Source of the DNA: Octopus bimaculoides
Taxonomy: Eukaryota
Assembly: GCF_001194135.2 (NCBI RefSeq)
Contig: NC_068999.1
Coordinates: 33,220,010-33,284,009, forward strand
Direction: 5' to 3'
DNA length: 64,000 nucleotides
A program made the translations under genes and the position numbers. Numbering within the stretch: position 1 is the stretch's first letter; each line of letters starts with the position of its first letter. Shown here one piece after another: positions 59,903 to 64,000 of this stretch. A model generated the notes under the pieces. The model was not told where the DNA came from. It ran no database searches and worked only from the letters and a program-made list of their open reading frames with translations.

Positions 59903-60350
59903 TCATCATCATCATCATCCTTAACGTCTGTTTTCCATGCTGGCATGGGTTGGACAGTTTGACCAGGGCTGGCAAGCAGGAGAGTTGTACCAGGTTTCGG
60001 TCTGATTTGGCTTGATTTCTATTGCTAGATTCTCTTCCTAATACCAACCACTTTACAATGTGTGCTGAGTGCTTTTAACATGGCACTAGCATGAGCACTC
60101 TCTTACATGGCACTGGCACAAGTGCTTTTTATGTGGAACCAGCACAGAACTCTTACAGGCCAATAATCTTCTTCACCAGGGGATGCAACCTTAACACTTC
60201 TGCTGTGGAGGACAGGTCTTCTTGAGTACAGCAAGGTGCCACGTATCTCAGTCTTTTGTTACCTCATCCAAAAGGTTCAGTATTCTTAGGTCATCCTTCT
60301 GTACTTCGTCCAATATCTTCCTAGGTGTACTTCGTCCCATGTCTTCCTGA
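59903..60350 (-). mobile_element. RTE-clade LINE 3' end
   Basis: RKTWDEV..DTWHLAVLKK, shared 3' UTR and (ATG)n tail. Confidence 0.85.
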
Positions 60351-60466
60351 TTGATCCATCTAATTAAGTCTTTATATGCTGTTTATAAGTTACTTGATCA
60401 CTGAAGACATTTTCACAAATCACTGAGACTAGTCCAGTTAATTTCGCTTTTTGTTTTTGACCATGA

Positions 60467-60503
<37 letters not shown>

Positions 60504-60504
60504 A

Positions 60505-60663
60505 CATACTTCTTTCAGTTTCTGTCTACCAAATCTATTTACAAGGCTTTGGTCAACCTGAAGCCATAGTAGAAAACACTTGCCTGAGGTGTTTCACATT
60601 GGGACTGAACCTGGGAACATGGTTGTGAAGCAAGCTTCTTACCACACAGTCATGCCTGTGCCT
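60505..60663 (-). mobile_element. SINE family B head
   Basis: Reverse copy of the head. Confidence 0.88.
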
Positions 60664-61024
60664 ATAACACAGTAAACATGCTCACAAGCACATACATGTA
60701 CACATATGCATACACTTATATATCCATGCACATGCAGACATATACATATATTCATATGTACACAATCACATACGTGTCTGTATATATATGTATATGGACA
60801 CATACACACATACATGCGTTAATCATTTTTCCATCCATATGGATGATGGGCATGACTTCTCTGAGGATCTAAAGAACTCAGTATTCATATTAAAATATTT
60901 ATACACATAAGCATATACATACACTTATACACATACACATTTACACATGTGTACTAAATGTTATGAACTAGTATATGCGATACTGTATATGTGTGTGAAC
61001 ATGTATGGAAGAAACAAATACTTT

Positions 61025-61061
<37 letters not shown>

Positions 61062-61145
61062 TTGTAAGTGCGTATGTATATATGTATGTATGTATATATA
61101 TATATGCATGTATGTATGTATATATACATTGTGTGTGTGTGTGTT

Positions 61146-61189
<44 letters not shown>

Positions 61190-61329
61190 TAGTGTGTGTG
61201 TGTGTGTGTGTGCAACCATACAGCAAACCACACATAGGAGATCAATAAATTGATCAAAGCTTTAGTTAATGGTTTCCTAAGAGACATATCAACTACTTCA
61301 CTTTTGTAATGTTACAATACAGACTAAAT

Positions 61330-61770
61330 TTCTCACTGTACTGTAACACTACAATGCATAGAGTAATTTGACTGAACTTTGACACCATTATACACAAATT
61401 AATGAGACTGTACTGCAGCACTACAACAGACTAATTATACTGTACTGTGACACTATAAAACTGTATCTTTACCAAGTTATTCTGACTAATTAAACTGTAC
61501 TGTAACTGTACAGAACTGTACTGTAACTGTACAGAACTGTACTGTAGCATCACTGTTGCCAGACTACTAGACTATACTGTGACATCATAGTAGGCAGACT
61601 AATTAGACTGTACTGTAACGGGACCTGACACAGCTCAGCAATTTCTCAGACCCTATTAAACTCTCCAACTCAAGTCAGCATGAAAAACGGACATTAAATG
61701 ATGATGATGATGATGATGATGACGATGATATTGACATAACATTACTGTACTGTAACAGTAAACAGACCAA
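61330..61770. repeat. Degenerate (GACTAATTAGACTGTACTGTAAC..)-type tandem array
   Basis: ACTGTACTGT recurs at ~20-35-bp spacing; interrupted by an RTE tail fragment at ~61670-61730. Confidence 0.65.
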
Positions 61771-62702
61771 TTAGACCCATAGACCCATCCAGTGTGGAGT
61801 CACATTTTTTAAAGATGGCAGGATGTGAATTGATGACGATTTGGCTGCTATATCTTGCAGGTCGTGTAACATAAAATCTAACCTTATTTTTCTGTACTGG
61901 CCCTGTATAGAATAAGTCATCATATGCTCTGTACTGTAGGAATGCAGTATCAATCACTGTGGTGGGGTCAGTAGTTACAGTACTGTAGTCAGCTGTACAC
62001 ATAGCTCAGCTGTCATAGTACAATAGTTATTGTACAAAAGTCAATAGAACTGTAGTAATAGTACTGTAGCAAATAGAAAATTAAATTAGTGTTATATAGT
62101 ATTGCGTAGTGTTTAGGTTAACATGCAGTTTACCATTGTAAAATAGTGAAAGTAAATTGTTCTTTAAAATGAAAGTAAATTGTTCTTTAAAATGAAAGTA
62201 AATTGTGATAGAAACTGGAAATGACGACAATGACATATTGTAATTTCATGTAAATATTGTATGTGATGTACCAAGGTATCCAATACTTAAATGTATATAT
62301 ACTGTTTGTTTATATTTTCTGCATTAAATGTTAAACGTTTCTTTAGGTTTTTTTCGTATATCCTTTTCTATTTGCCAATTATGGATTTATAATGAAAATT
62401 AGTTGAATATATCGGTCTGCAAGGAGTTCATTTGGGCAGTTTTTTCACTGATCTTAAGATTTTGTCCAGCAGTGTATTTAATATAACATGAAAACTGCAC
62501 ATATATTTTATATAAGATAAAAACAATCACATTGACTAGAAAACATAACTGTCATTGATGCATGAAATGAGATTCATAATTTTTCTCAATCTCTAAATTT
62601 GTTTTACCACACAAGCCTCATGAACATATTAAATATATCATCCCTAATTCAACATTGTCACCAGTTTCTTCTTGGTGAGCATCCATTGTCCTTCTTCTAT
62701 TG

Positions 62703-62960
62703 CAGCGGTTCTCAATAGGGGTCCATATGGCCCTTGCAGGACCATATAAGGTTTTGTTAAAATTTTATGTGTAAGAAATTGGTTATACTTCTTCAAGACA
62801 CAGAATATTTAAACAATTTTCTAAAATACAATTCCTAATAATATTTAATTATAAAAATATATTAGGATTTTTTAAACATCAAATGGCTAGGAGGGTACAT
62901 CTGAATAAAATGGGAATCAAAGGGTTCCGTAGGTAAAAAAAAAGTCGTTGAGAATCACTG
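62703..62960. mobile_element. hAT MITE with 8-bp TSD
   Basis: TIRs CAGCGGTTCTCAA / TTGAGAATCACTG; TSD TTCTATTG / TTCTATAG. Confidence 0.9.
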
Positions 62961-63324
62961 TTCTATAGACTGTGTGTGGATGCTGTCATTATTTGGATGA
63001 ACAAAATTGAGTCCAATGGTTTGACAACTTCATGAGTATAAATGTTGCCAAGTCCTACATAGGAAACCCACTCATTGGATACCAAATGTGTTTTATAGAA
63101 TTTTGGTATATCATTGTCATCACTTACAGTTTCTGTCACAGTATACTTTCATTTTTTAAAGGTAATTCATTGTCACTATCTTATGACAGTAAACTGCATG
63201 TTAACCTAGTGTTTATATAATGTGACGGTGTATGTTGTGGTGATATACAGCATTGTGTAAGTACCATATAAAGGCATAAAATATGTAATGTATTAAAGCA
63301 TGTAATATTTAAAGTAACTTTAAG

Positions 63325-63540
63325 GTGGTGAACAGGTAGAATCATCAACACACTGGGTGCAATGCTAAGCGGCATTTCATCTGTTTTCATATTCTGAGGT
63401 CAAATTCCACCAAGGTCAACTTTGCCTTTAGTCCTTTATGGGTTGATAAAATACACACCATTTGAATACTAGGGTTGATGTGATCGACTTACCCCCTCCC
63501 TGAAATTGCTGCCATTGTACCAAAACCTGAAATAAATATT
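63325..63540 (+). mobile_element. SINE family A
   Basis: Head, B-box-like GAGGTCAAATTCC and body are present. Confidence 0.85.
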
Positions 63541-64000
63541 TAAAGCAACTTCACATGTAGGTCCCAAGGGCGATTTTTTTTAAACACATTTTTGAGAGAA
63601 AAATAAGTGTGTCTAATATGCTTTCAGATACAATAAAAGGATCCTTCAATCAGTTATAACGATGGGTATTCTATTGTTTGATCAATTGAATCATCTATTC
63701 ATAGTATTTTAGTACAAAGTGACTGAATATTTCACAGGCCCATGAACCCTTGACATAATCCTAAGCAGACTCAGTGACACAGTATATGGCACAGCTGAAC
63801 TTTTGAATTACAGTTAGAAACCATTGAACAGACTTCAACAGTTTCTGTCCTCCATCCTATCACCATCCACTTCACACCTAAGGCTGTTACCTATTAACAT
63901 ATGATTGGGCTTCACAAAAATAAAACAGCAAGTTGAAGAACTTTGATTTAGCTTGTCTATGTAATTAATTAGTCTAAATAATCTCTACTCACTACATATT

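Noticed and set aside
7908-61287. Many long ORFs of HT/YI/CV/MYVC repeats or X runs in the ORF track
   Set aside because: They are translations of microsatellites and N gaps, not genes.

Overview
AT-rich, repeat-saturated animal genomic DNA with 11 assembly gaps, most of them next to microsatellites. The SINE and MITE families match my recollection of Octopus repeats, so this is probably an octopus genome (inference, not database-checked). No complete intact cellular gene, rRNA or CRISPR array is visible. The window is mostly transposon relics: two Gypsy LTR elements plus a solo LTR; Penelope-like elements (PLEs), one of them near full length (35078-39372); RTE, L1/Tx1 and R4/Dong-type LINE fragments; a pogo DD35D transposase with a PHD finger; three mariners; a maT DD37D element; hAT and piggyBac-like MITEs; and about 25 tRNA-derived SINE pieces. 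One probable host-gene start lies on + (candidate UTR exon, then a first coding exon at 43174-43259, MSVVLTAFRNSKTAKAKKEQLKKKKTKD, with a GTAAGT donor). The most notable signal is type I hammerhead-ribozyme (HHR)-like motifs in five apparently unrelated repeat families. These include a head-to-head dimer of a tRNA-headed, hammerhead-tailed SINE with a 15-bp TSD (34425-34932) and a PLE with inverted terminal repeats carrying one intact and one G5A-mutant core (57120-58350). Also notable are a spliceosomal-type intron in the large PLE and a tRNA-Met-like Pol III unit with an extended acceptor stem. All folds and alignments were done by eye.
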